Shown: piece after piece, positions 9,510-17,918 of the stretch
Layout of the letters: each line of letters starts with the position of its first letter
Numbering within the stretch: the stretch's first letter is position 1
Origin: an uncultured Gammaproteobacteria bacterium
GTDB taxonomy: Bacteria > Patescibacteriota > Patescibacteriia > UBA2591 > UBA6264
NCBI GenBank assembly: GCA_964566895.1
Contig: CAZMJP010000005.1
Coordinates: forward strand, 1-35,523
Direction of reading: 5' to 3'
Length of the DNA: 35,523 nt
The notes under the pieces: generated by a model
Told to the model about the DNA's origin: nothing
Seen by the model: only the letters and a program-made list of their open reading frames with translations
The model's database searches: none
Made by a program: the position numbers and the translations under genes

Positions 9510-9605
9510 AATTATATTATCCTTTCAAGTTTTATTTTACACATTTTATCAACATTCTCTAACGACCTATCCGCTAAAGCTCCTTTGTTAAAAATTTGTT
9601 ACTGC

Positions 9606-9676
9606 GGGTCTGTAGCTCAGCGGCAGAGCAGTAGCCTTTTAAGCTATTGATCTGGGTTCGATTCCCAGCAGACCCA
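9606..9676 (+). tRNA. tRNA-Lys(TTT), CCA not encoded
   Basis: GGGTCTG TA GCTC AGCGGCA GAGC A GTAGC CT-TTT-AA GCTAT TGAT CTGGG TTCGATT CCCAG CAGACCC A. Confidence 0.94.
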
Positions 9677-9864
9677 TTCCCTATTTTTTCTTTAAATCGT
9701 TCAGTGGTACTTGCCTGTGAGCGGACGGGGAAATTAAAAACCAAAAAATTAAAAACCCATTATGCGTAACTATTCAAGAAAAACAAATAAAAAATTAACT
9801 CGGTTTCGAACGCCGAGCTCGTTTATTATCAGAAAATCCATTAAATTAAAAAAGGGGAAATAAA

Positions 9865-12510
9865 ATGTCTGAACCGGTCTGGCACAATTTATCAATAAAA
9901 AACGTTTTGGAGCTCGCCCAAACCAATAAAGACGGACTTTTTTTCAAGGAAATTGACGAACGGCTGAAAAAACACGGCCTCAACAGACTGCCGAAAGAAA
10001 AGAAATTTTCTATCTTGAAAACCCTTTTAACCCAATTTAAAAGTCCCTTGGTTTATATTTTGATAATCGCCGCCGCTGTCACTTTAGCTTTGAAAGAATT
10101 TATTGATCTGATTGTAATTTTAGCCGCGGTCTTAATCAACGCCGGGGTTGGTTTTTCCCAAGAATACAAAGCGGAAAAGATTTTCAAGCACCTTAAAAAT
10201 TTAATCCAGTATAAAGCTCGAGTTTTACGTCAAGGATCTCCTGATAACCCATCGTCAACCGAAATAAAACAAGAATACGTTATTGACAGCCAGAAATTGG
10301 TGCCGGGCGATATTATTATTTTGGAAGCCGGCGACATTATTCCGGCTGATGCCCGACTAATTGAAACCCATAACTTAGAAACTAAAGAAGCGGCGCTAAC
10401 CGGCGAGTCTCTTCCCTCTTTTAAAAAAAATGAGATTTTAAAACCGGACACTCCTTTGGCCGACCGAAAAAATATGGTTTATTCGGGCACTAATGTGGCC
10501 AAGGGCAAGGCAAAAGCGGTGATAATTGCCACTGGTTCAAAAACCGAGTTGGGTAAAATCGCCAATCTAATTAGAACTACTGAGGAGGATAAAACACCCT
10601 TGCAAAAAAAAATCTCCAGTTTAGCCGAAACCTTAGGTATAATCATCGCCGGCCTATCTTTAATGCTCTTTATCGCCGGTTTAATTATTGGTCGACCGTT
10701 TCTGGAAATGTTGCTTGTTTCCGTGGCCGTGGCCGTAGCCGGCATTCCGGAAGGTCTGCCTATCGCGGTAACGGTTTGTTTGGCTGTCGGCATGCAGAGG
10801 ATATTAAAAAAGAAAGCTCTAATCAAAAAACTAATTGCCGCGGAAACACTTGGATCAATTACGGTTATTGCTTTGGACAAGACAGGGACATTGACTGAAG
10901 GTAAAATGGCCGTAACTCATCTCATCCCCTATAAAGATGCCTCAAACAAAGACCTGCTAAAAGTCGGATTGCTCTGCAGTAATATCATTATTGAAAACTC
11001 GGAGCAAGAATTAAAAAATTGGAAAATGACCGGCGACTCAACGGAAATCGCCTTAGTTCAGGAAGCCGTTCAAGCGGGATTAGAAAGAAAAAAACTGCTC
11101 AGCAATTATCAACGGATCGACGAGATACCCTTTGAATCAGAAACAATGCGCATGGCCACCTTGTCTAAAATGAGATCTAAAAAAAATCAATCTGCTCTTT
11201 TTATTAAAGGAGCTCCGGAGCGAATCCTTGATATTTGTTCACTAACAATTGAAGAAAAAAGGGAGATAAAAAAAGAATTTGAGCAACTGACTGACAGAGG
11301 TTTAAGGGTTTTGGCTTTTGGACAGAAAATCTTTTACCCCCAAAATAAAGAAAACCTGTCTGAAAACGACTTAAATAATATTAAATTTATCGGTCTAATC
11401 GCGCTGAGAGATCCTTTAAGACCGGAAACTAAAAAAGCCGTCAACGACTGCAAATTGGCTGGGATTAGGTCAGTTCTTGTCACCGGAGATCATCAACTAA
11501 CTACCCGAGCCATCGCTCAAGAAATAGGATTAATAAGACAAGAAGAAAAAATTTTACAGGGCGGTGATATAGACAGACTTTCTGACGAGGATTTAAGAAA
11601 AAAATTGAAAAAAACTAACGTTTTTGCTCGAGTTGAGCCAAAACACAAGATTAGAATCGTTGACGCTTTGCAAGCCCAGGGCGAAGTAGTAGCTATGACT
11701 GGCGACGGAGTTAATGACGCCCCGGCCATCAAGTCGGCTGATATTGGTCTGGCTCTTGGTTCTGGGTCAGAAATAACTAAAGAGACGGCGGACATCGTTC
11801 TTTTAGACGATAATTTTAAAACCATTGTTGAAGCAATCAAGTCCGGGCGAGATATTTTTAATAACATCAAAAAAATCGTCCTTTTCCTTTTAAGTGACAC
11901 CTTTACTGAATTTATTCTCATCGGCGGATCCCTTTTTTTGGGGTTACCCTTACCTGTTTTAGCCGGGCAAATTCTTTGGATTAACATTATTGAAGATACC
12001 TTGCCGGCAATGGCTCTTTCTTATGAAAAAGAAGGGAGAGAAATTCTTAAAGAAAGGGCTCGCGGTCATAAAACCAAGATATTGGACAAAAAAATGAAAT
12101 TTCTTATTTTGGTTATCGGTGTTATAACCGACCTAATCCTCTTAGGACTGTTTTTACTCCTTTATTATCAGGGGAAGGATATCGCTTACATTCGGACAAT
12201 GATTTCTGTCGGATTGGGAATCGATACTTTGTTTTATGTTTTTGCCTGTAAAAATTTGAAAAAAATAATCTGGAAATACAATCCTTTTAATAATCTGTTT
12301 TTAGATTTCAGCGTTGTTTTTGGTTGGGGAATGCTTTTTGTCGCTCTTTATGTCCCGTTTTTTCAAAAAATTCTTCGTCTCGTCCCGCTCCATAGAAATG
12401 ATTGGCTGATTATGGTAGGATTAGGATTGATTGAAATTGCCTTAATTGAATTAGGAAAATTTTTCTTCACTCCTTGTCCGATCCGCCGGTTAAGGGACAG
12501 GGAATTGTGA
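9865..12510 (+). CDS. P2-type cation-transporting P-type ATPase
   Basis: LTGES, PEGLP, DKTGTLT, KGAPE, TGD, MTGDGVNDAPA; several TM helices. Confidence 0.95.
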   Translation: MSEPVWHNLSIKNVLELAQTNKDGLFFKEIDERLKKHGLNRLPKEKKFSILKTLLTQFKSPLVYILIIAAAVTLALKEFIDLIVILAAVLINAGVGFSQEYKAEKIFKHLKNLIQYKARVLRQGSPDNPSSTEIKQEYVIDSQKLVPGDIIILEAGDIIPADARLIETHNLETKEAALTGESLPSFKKNEILKPDTPLADRKNMVYSGTNVAKGKAKAVIIATGSKTELGKIANLIRTTEEDKTPLQKKISSLAETLGIIIAGLSLMLFIAGLIIGRPFLEMLLVSVAVAVAGIPEGLPIAVTVCLAVGMQRILKKKALIKKLIAAETLGSITVIALDKTGTLTEGKMAVTHLIPYKDASNKDLLKVGLLCSNIIIENSEQELKNWKMTGDSTEIALVQEAVQAGLERKKLLSNYQRIDEIPFESETMRMATLSKMRSKKNQSALFIKGAPERILDICSLTIEEKREIKKEFEQLTDRGLRVLAFGQKIFYPQNKENLSENDLNNIKFIGLIALRDPLRPETKKAVNDCKLAGIRSVLVTGDHQLTTRAIAQEIGLIRQEEKILQGGDIDRLSDEDLRKKLKKTNVFARVEPKHKIRIVDALQAQGEVVAMTGDGVNDAPAIKSADIGLALGSGSEITKETADIVLLDDNFKTIVEAIKSGRDIFNNIKKIVLFLLSDTFTEFILIGGSLFLGLPLPVLAGQILWINIIEDTLPAMALSYEKEGREILKERARGHKTKILDKKMKFLILVIGVITDLILLGLFLLLYYQGKDIAYIRTMISVGLGIDTLFYVFACKNLKKIIWKYNPFNNLFLDFSVVFGWGMLFVALYVPFFQKILRLVPLHRNDWLIMVGLGLIEIALIELGKFFFTPCPIRRLRDREL

Positions 12511-12558
12511 AAAGCGACATAGACATTTTCAATTTTTATTATTAACGCTTTTACTCTT

Positions 12559-13851
12559 ATGAAATATATACTTCTAAGAGATATTCAAAAATATCTTGAA
12601 CAATCCGTGATTTTGAGGGGTTGGATTTTTAATTTTCGCTGTTCCGGCTCGATTTACTTCTTACAATTCCGCGACGGCACAGGTGAAATTCAAGCCGTAA
12701 TTTCAAAAAAGGAGGTCAATAAAAATTTTTGGTCTGTTTGTAAAAAATTGACTATCGAGTCCAGCCTTGAAATAACCGGCAGGATTTATTCTGAAAAACG
12801 TTCGCCCTACGGTTATGAGATGGCTGTCAAAAAAATAAAAATCATCTCTCTATCTCAAGAATATCCCATTAGTAAAAAAGCTCACGGAATTGATTTTTTA
12901 ATGGACTATCGCCATCTTTGGATTCGTTCCAATCGTCAAGCGGCTATTCTGAAAATCAGGGATGAGATCGTTTTTGCCCTTCGCGTTTTTTTAAGAAACC
13001 AGGGCTTTGTTTTAACTGACGCCCCCATTTTAACTCCAACCAGCTGTGAAGGAACAACCACCCTTTTCTCGACTAAATATTTTAATCAAAAGGCTTATTT
13101 GTCTCAATCAGGCCAACTTTATCTTGAAGCCCTAATTTACTCTTTAGGAAAAGTTTACGATTTTGGCCCGACTTTTAGGGCGGAAAAGTCAAAAACTCGG
13201 CGTCACTTAACCGAGTTTTGGATGATGGACGCTGAATCCGCCTTTGTTGAACATAAGGAAAATATGAAAATCCAGGAAAATCTAATTTGTTTCGTTGTCC
13301 AACAAATCTTAAAAAATTGTCAGAAAGAATTAACCCTTCTGGGAAGAAATTTAAAACTGTTAAAAAATATAAAATCGCCGTTTCCCAAAATCACCTATGA
13401 CCAAATAATCAAAAAACTTCAACAAAGGGGAATCAAAATTAAATGGGGAGACGACCTTGGCGGCGATGAGGAGACCGTCATCTCAAAAATGTTTGATAAA
13501 CCGGTGTTTATTGAAAAATATCCGGGGGAAATCAAAACCTTTTATATGGAACCAGATCCAAAAAATCCAAAATTAGTTTTAAATAACGACTTAATCGCCC
13601 CGGAAGGCCATGGAGAAATCATCGGCGGCTCCCAAAGAATTGATGACTTAAAAATCCTAAAACAAAAAGTAAAGGAATTTAAATTACCAAAGAAATCATT
13701 AGAATGGTACATTGATTTACGGCGCTACGGCTCAGTGCCCCACTCTGGATTTGGTTTAGGTCTTGAAAGAACCGTGGCTTGGCTTTGCGGTTTAGACCAC
13801 GTTCGAGAGACCATTCCTTTCCCTAGATTAATTAACAGGTTGAACCCCTAA
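12559..13851 (+). CDS. asnS: Asparagine--tRNA ligase
   Basis: OB fold FLQFRDGTG, RHLWIRS, CEGTTTLF, YLSQSGQLY, FRAEKSKTRRHLTEFW, GEIIGGSQR, GFGLGLER. Confidence 0.94.
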   Translation: MKYILLRDIQKYLEQSVILRGWIFNFRCSGSIYFLQFRDGTGEIQAVISKKEVNKNFWSVCKKLTIESSLEITGRIYSEKRSPYGYEMAVKKIKIISLSQEYPISKKAHGIDFLMDYRHLWIRSNRQAAILKIRDEIVFALRVFLRNQGFVLTDAPILTPTSCEGTTTLFSTKYFNQKAYLSQSGQLYLEALIYSLGKVYDFGPTFRAEKSKTRRHLTEFWMMDAESAFVEHKENMKIQENLICFVVQQILKNCQKELTLLGRNLKLLKNIKSPFPKITYDQIIKKLQQRGIKIKWGDDLGGDEETVISKMFDKPVFIEKYPGEIKTFYMEPDPKNPKLVLNNDLIAPEGHGEIIGGSQRIDDLKILKQKVKEFKLPKKSLEWYIDLRRYGSVPHSGFGLGLERTVAWLCGLDHVRETIPFPRLINRLNP

Positions 13852-13917
13852 CCCCATTGGAAGCCCGCTTTCCGAAAAAAAGCGGTAAAAACCAACGATT
13901 TCTTGCTTCTAATGGGA
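13852..13917. repeat. Inverted-repeat element, copy A
   Basis: CCCCATTGGAAGC (13852-13864) with GCTTCTAATGGGA (13905-13917); internal CCGCTTT/AAAGCGG hairpin. Confidence 0.7.
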
Positions 13918-13945
13918 TTGACATCTCTTAAATTTATGTTATTAT
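13918..13945 (+). promoter_or_regulatory. Promoter of the Asn leader / tRNA-Asn unit
   Basis: TTGACA (13918-13923), 16-nt spacer ending TGt, TATTAT (13940-13945); ATG 7 nt downstream. Confidence 0.75.
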
Positions 13946-13952
13946 TAAAACA

Positions 13953-14015
13953 ATGTTAGAACGAGTTCCCCAAAACTTAAATAATAACAACAATAATCGT
14001 CTCCGGCGGGTCTGA
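13953..14015 (+). CDS. Asn-rich attenuator leader peptide MLERVPQNLNNNNNNRLRRV (not in ORF track)
   Basis: 7 Asn codons within 8 codons (AAC TTA AAT AAT AAC AAC AAT AAT); stop codon overlaps the 5' arm of the antiterminator. Confidence 0.85.
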   Translation: MLERVPQNLNNNNNNRLRRV

Positions 14016-14050
14016 TTGATTTTTAGTAAAATTGTTGCGAACAGACCCGC
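14006..14050 (+). promoter_or_regulatory. Antiterminator helix of the attenuator
   Basis: GCGGGTCTG (14006-14014) is the perfect reverse complement of CAGACCCGC (14042-14050), which overlaps the terminator 5' arm. Confidence 0.82.
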
Positions 14051-14074
14051 TCTGAAAGGCGGGATTTTTTATTT
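14046..14074 (+). terminator. Intrinsic terminator (attenuator)
   Basis: CCCGCT-ctgaaa-GGCGGG followed by ATTTTTTATTT. Confidence 0.82.
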
Positions 14075-14103
14075 AGAGCGGTTTACGCCGTCCCCCGCTA
14101 AAT

Positions 14104-14176
14104 TCTAGGGTAATTCAATTGGTAGAATGCGCCGCTGTTAACGGCGAAGTTACTGGTTCGAATCCAGTCCCTAGAG
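14104..14176 (+). tRNA. tRNA-Asn(GTT), CCA not encoded
   Basis: TCTAGGG TA ATTC AATTGGTA GAAT G CGCCG CT-GTT-AA CGGCG AAGTT ACTGG TTCGAAT CCAGT CCCTAGA G; G73 discriminator. Confidence 0.95.
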
Positions 14177-14326
14177 TTTAGCGGGGAACTAACGAGGTTA
14201 TAAAAATCCAAATTTCCTCCCCTAAAATTTCTTAACCGCGTCAAACCGGATAACCGTCTAACTGAACCAGAAAGGGGGATAATCTTTTATCAACTTCTTA
14301 ATCATCCTTTTGTTTTTTCTTATCTA

Positions 14327-14335
14327 TGCTATAAT
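14327..14335 (+). promoter_or_regulatory. Extended -10 promoter candidate upstream of aspS
   Basis: TGCTATAAT. Confidence 0.5.
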
Positions 14336-14457
14336 CCCTAAGGGTAAACCAAATGGAAGAATTATTCTTATTTTGGTGAATTCTAATAGAATTCCAGGTT
14401 TTGCTCATATTTTCACCAAAAAGTAAAAAAACAAAAAGGTTTTTAATTAGAAAAACT

Positions 14458-15861
14458 ATGGAACGGACGCAAAATATAGAAACAATTAAAAAAATCGGGC
14501 AAAAAATTGGCCTCTGCGGCTGGGTCAATAGCCGCAGAAATATGGGTAAAATTGTTTTTATTGATTTAAGAGATCGCTCTGGTTTAATCCAAATAGTACT
14601 CAATCCTTCTGAACTTGACCAAGAATCGCAAAGGACGGCAAGGGAAATCCGTCCCGAGTTCGTCGTCGAAATAGAAGGAATAGTCAACCAAAGACCCAAA
14701 AACCAAATTAATAAAAATCTGCCCACCGGAGCAATAGAAATAGCGGCTAAAAAATTGACTATTTTAAACCAGGCCAAGACTCCGCCGTTTGAAATTGACA
14801 ACGAAACCTTAAGAGCCAATGAAGAACTTCGTTTAAAATATCGCTATTTGGATCTGCGTCACGAAAGAATGAAAAACAATCTAATTCTCCGACATCGAGT
14901 CATTAAGTTTATCCGCGATTATCTGGACAAAAAAGGCTTTTTGGAAATTGAAACGCCAATTTTAACCAAAGGCACGCCTGAGGGGGCGCGGGAATTTATC
15001 GTTCCTTCCCGGCTTTATCCCGGTAAATTTTATGTTCTGCCTCAGGCGCCTCAGCAATTTAAACAACTCCTTATGGTCGCCGGCATCGAGAAATATTTCC
15101 AAATTGCCCGCTGTTTCCGCGACGAAGACACCCGCGGCGACCGCCAACCGGAATTCACCCAACTGGACTTGGAAATGAGCTTTGTCAACCAAAACGACAT
15201 TTTAAGCTTAACCGAAGAACTATTTATCGCCCTGGTTAAAAAGATAACTCCCGATAAAAAAATATCCGTCGTCCCATTTCCACGACTGACCTTTGAACAG
15301 ACGATGGAAAAATATAAAACCGACAAACCTGATTTAAGGAAAGACAAAAAAAATCCGGACGAGCTGGCCTTTTGCTTTATCACCGATTTTCCTTTGTTTG
15401 AATATTCAAAAACAGAGAAAAAACTGGTTTCCGTTCACCATCCTTTTACCTCTCCCCAAAAACAAGACATCCCTCTTTTGGATAAAAACCCCCTAAAAGT
15501 AAAATCTCAACAATACGACTTTGTCTGTAACGGTTATGAATTGGCCGGGGGGTCAATCAGAATTCACCAAAGAGAACTCCAGGAAAAAATCTTCAAAATT
15601 TTAAAACTATCCGATAAAGAAGTGAAAAGACGCTTTGGACACTTGCTTGAAGCTTTTGAATACGGCGCTCCGCCGCATGGCGGCATCGCCCCCGGTTTAG
15701 ACCGGGTAATTATGATCCTAGCTAACGAGCCCAATATTCGTGAAGTTATCCCTTTTGCTAAAACAGCCGATGCTAAAGACCTAATGATGGACGCGCCCAG
15801 CGAACTACCAAAAAAACAACTCAAAGAAGCGCATGTAAGAATCATAAATCATAAACCATAA
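14458..15861 (+). CDS. aspS: Aspartate--tRNA ligase, bacterial type lacking the GAD insertion
   Basis: FIDLRDRSG, YRYLDLR, TPEGAREF, QIARCFRDED, PEFTQLDLEMSF, HHPFT, GAPPHGGIAPGLDR; ATG 14458 preferred over TTG 14401. Confidence 0.96.
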   Translation: MERTQNIETIKKIGQKIGLCGWVNSRRNMGKIVFIDLRDRSGLIQIVLNPSELDQESQRTAREIRPEFVVEIEGIVNQRPKNQINKNLPTGAIEIAAKKLTILNQAKTPPFEIDNETLRANEELRLKYRYLDLRHERMKNNLILRHRVIKFIRDYLDKKGFLEIETPILTKGTPEGAREFIVPSRLYPGKFYVLPQAPQQFKQLLMVAGIEKYFQIARCFRDEDTRGDRQPEFTQLDLEMSFVNQNDILSLTEELFIALVKKITPDKKISVVPFPRLTFEQTMEKYKTDKPDLRKDKKNPDELAFCFITDFPLFEYSKTEKKLVSVHHPFTSPQKQDIPLLDKNPLKVKSQQYDFVCNGYELAGGSIRIHQRELQEKIFKILKLSDKEVKRRFGHLLEAFEYGAPPHGGIAPGLDRVIMILANEPNIREVIPFAKTADAKDLMMDAPSELPKKQLKEAHVRIINHKP

Positions 15862-15874
15862 ACCAACCAAATCA

Positions 15875-16771
15875 ATGAGGATTTTAAAATTATCTTTGCA
15901 AAATTCATTCCGCAATTTCTGGCTTTCCTTGGCAAGTATTGTTATTATGCTTTTAATGCTTCTTTCTTTGAGCTTGATTTACTGTCTTAATGTTATCGGA
16001 CAAGAAACATTAACCTATTTTAAAGATAAAATGGACTTGGGGATTTACTTAAAACAAAATATTAACGAGAGTACTGTTAATTTACTCAGAACAGAATTGG
16101 AAAGTATGGACGAGATCAAAGAAATACGCTACTTGACTCCGGAACAGTCTCTTGAAGAATTTGAACAAAAGCATCGGAATGACCAACTCATTTTAAAATC
16201 CCTAAGGGAATTAAAAGAAAATCCTCTCGGGGCAACTATTACCTTGAAGTTTTATAACCCGGAAGATTATCAAAAAGTCCTCTCAGTAATCAGCCAACCA
16301 GAATATCAGGACTTAATTCAAAACCAAGATTTTTACGATTATCAAAAGCTCATCCGGGGTTTTAGTAAATTCAATCAAAAAATCTCCTACCTCGGACTGG
16401 GGATCAGCGGGGTTTTTATCTTCGTCGCTATTTTAGTAATTTTCAACACTATCAAATTAGGCGCTTTATCTCAACAAAAACAAATTAAAATAATGAAATT
16501 AGTCGGGGCTACTTCTCGATTCGTCCGGGCTCCCTTCTTAATCCAAAGCTGTTTTTACTCTTTAGTTGCCTGGATTTTAGATATAGGGATTCTCGTTGCC
16601 GCAGCTGTTTCCGTCCAGCCGTACATTCAGCAACTCTTAGAATTAAATTTTGATTTTCTTTTGTATTTAAAAACCGACGGCTTAGTATTCTTAATTTGCC
16701 TTTTAATTTTCTCCTTGTTTGTCTCAACTATTAGTAGCGGTTTAGCTATTCGAAAATACTTGAAAATTTAG
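15875..16771 (+). CDS. ftsX: Cell division permease FtsX
   Basis: TM1, extracellular loop with ENPL, IFNTIKL, IMKLVGAT..FVRAPF, C-terminal RKYLK. Confidence 0.9.
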   Translation: MRILKLSLQNSFRNFWLSLASIVIMLLMLLSLSLIYCLNVIGQETLTYFKDKMDLGIYLKQNINESTVNLLRTELESMDEIKEIRYLTPEQSLEEFEQKHRNDQLILKSLRELKENPLGATITLKFYNPEDYQKVLSVISQPEYQDLIQNQDFYDYQKLIRGFSKFNQKISYLGLGISGVFIFVAILVIFNTIKLGALSQQKQIKIMKLVGATSRFVRAPFLIQSCFYSLVAWILDIGILVAAAVSVQPYIQQLLELNFDFLLYLKTDGLVFLICLLIFSLFVSTISSGLAIRKYLKI

Positions 16772-16800
16772 TTTAGTGTTCAACTCTTGCGTCTAAAAGT

Positions 16801-16872
16801 GGCCCGATAGCCAAGTAGTAAGGCAACTGTCTGCAAAACAGTTATACGCGGGTGCAATTCCCGCTCGGGCCT
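16801..16872 (+). tRNA. tRNA-Cys(GCA), CCA not encoded, atypical D/T loops
   Basis: GGCCCGA TA GCC AAGTAGTAA GGC A ACTGT CT-GCA-AA ACAGT TATAC GCGGG TGCAATT CCCGC TCGGGCC T; U73 discriminator. Confidence 0.9.
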
Positions 16873-16957
16873 TTAAAAATAATTTTCACTTTGGTGTTTC
16901 CGCCAGTGGCAGACAGGCTAATCTTCTCTTGGCCTTTTTGTTTTTAATTTAAATTTA

Positions 16958-16966
16958 TGGTAAAAT
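16958..16966 (+). promoter_or_regulatory. Extended -10 promoter, probable leaderless transcript
   Basis: TG-G-TAAAAT 6 nt before the ATG at 16973. Confidence 0.55.
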
Positions 16967-16972
16967 AAAAAT

Positions 16973-17893
16973 ATGTCGGGAAAAATTCCAAAACTCGTGG
17001 CCATTGACGCGCCAGCCGCATTGCACCGGGCTTGGCACGCCTTACCAAAATTAACCGACCCAAAAGGCCAAACGATTAACGCCGTCTATGGTTTTACTGT
17101 TCTATTGCTTAAACTGCTTCGTGAGCAAAAACCGGACTACTTAGCCGCGTGTTTCGATACCAAAGCCCCAACCTTTCGGCATAAAAAATATAAAAATTAT
17201 AAAGCGACGAGAATACCTCAGCCGCAAGAGTTTTACGACCAAATACCTCTGACCAAACGGATTATCCGGGGTTTTAATATTCCAATATTTGCCTTAGACG
17301 GTTTTGAAGCCGACGATTTGATCGCCGCCATAATCAAAGAACAAAAACAAAAAATCTCCGGTTTAAAATCTTTAATCGTCACTGGCGACCTTGATTTGCT
17401 CCAGTTGGCCGATGAACAGACCTCTATTTATTTTCTCCACCAGGGTTTAAATCAAATTAAAATTTACGGGCCGGATGAAGTGGGGGAACGGTTCGGGCTT
17501 AAGCCGAAACAACTGATCGACTTCAAGGCCCTGCGCGGCGACGCCTCTGATAATATAAAAGGCGTGCCTGGCATTGGAGAAAAAACCGCCCTTGATTTAA
17601 TAAAAAAATTCAATAATTTGGAGAACATTTACGCCTATCTGAGAAAAAACAAAAAACAAAAACTTATTAAAACAACTATCGCTGAAATCCTCCAGAAAAA
17701 CAAAAAACGGGCTACTTTAGCTAAAGAGTTGGTCACCATTAAGCAAGATATAAAAGATTTAAACCCAAAAGAAATTATTCCTTTTGACAGACCGAATCGC
17801 GAAAAAATAACCCAAATTTTCAAAGAATTCGGTTTTAAAAGTTTAATCAAAAAATTAGGGGAGGACATCTCTCTGCAAAATAAATTATTCTAA
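16973..17893 (+). CDS. Stand-alone 5'-3' exonuclease/flap endonuclease (Pol I N-terminal domain)
   Basis: NAVYGF, TFRH..Y..YKATR, GFEADD, TGDLDLLQL, GDASDNIKGVPGIGEKTA; no polymerase domain. Confidence 0.92.
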   Translation: MSGKIPKLVAIDAPAALHRAWHALPKLTDPKGQTINAVYGFTVLLLKLLREQKPDYLAACFDTKAPTFRHKKYKNYKATRIPQPQEFYDQIPLTKRIIRGFNIPIFALDGFEADDLIAAIIKEQKQKISGLKSLIVTGDLDLLQLADEQTSIYFLHQGLNQIKIYGPDEVGERFGLKPKQLIDFKALRGDASDNIKGVPGIGEKTALDLIKKFNNLENIYAYLRKNKKQKLIKTTIAEILQKNKKRATLAKELVTIKQDIKDLNPKEIIPFDRPNREKITQIFKEFGFKSLIKKLGEDISLQNKLF

Positions 17894-17918
17894 TAAAATT
17901 ATTTTTAGATGATTTAAT

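Noticed and set aside
9510-9605. Cognate-codon leader peptides before tRNA-Lys (and before tRNA-Cys and tRNA-Thr)
   Set aside because: Looked for by analogy with tRNA-Asn; no ATG-initiated codon run with a terminator was found.
13980-13997. The AAT/AAC run as a mere microsatellite
   Set aside because: It mixes both Asn codons in one frame, sits in an ATG-TGA ORF right after a promoter, is followed by attenuator helices and lies next to tRNA-Asn and asnS.
13953-14074. T-box riboswitch
   Set aside because: No AAnnnGGGTGGnACC T-box motif and no room for stem I; the leader-peptide model fits better.
14401-14457. N-terminal extension of AspRS from TTG 14401
   Set aside because: Family similarity begins at MERT (14458).
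10230-15845. Minus-strand ORFs inside the ATPase and aspS (e.g. 10479-10880, 11517-11987, 14298-14819), and similar shadow ORFs elsewhere
   Set aside because: Antisense shadows of well-supported genes.
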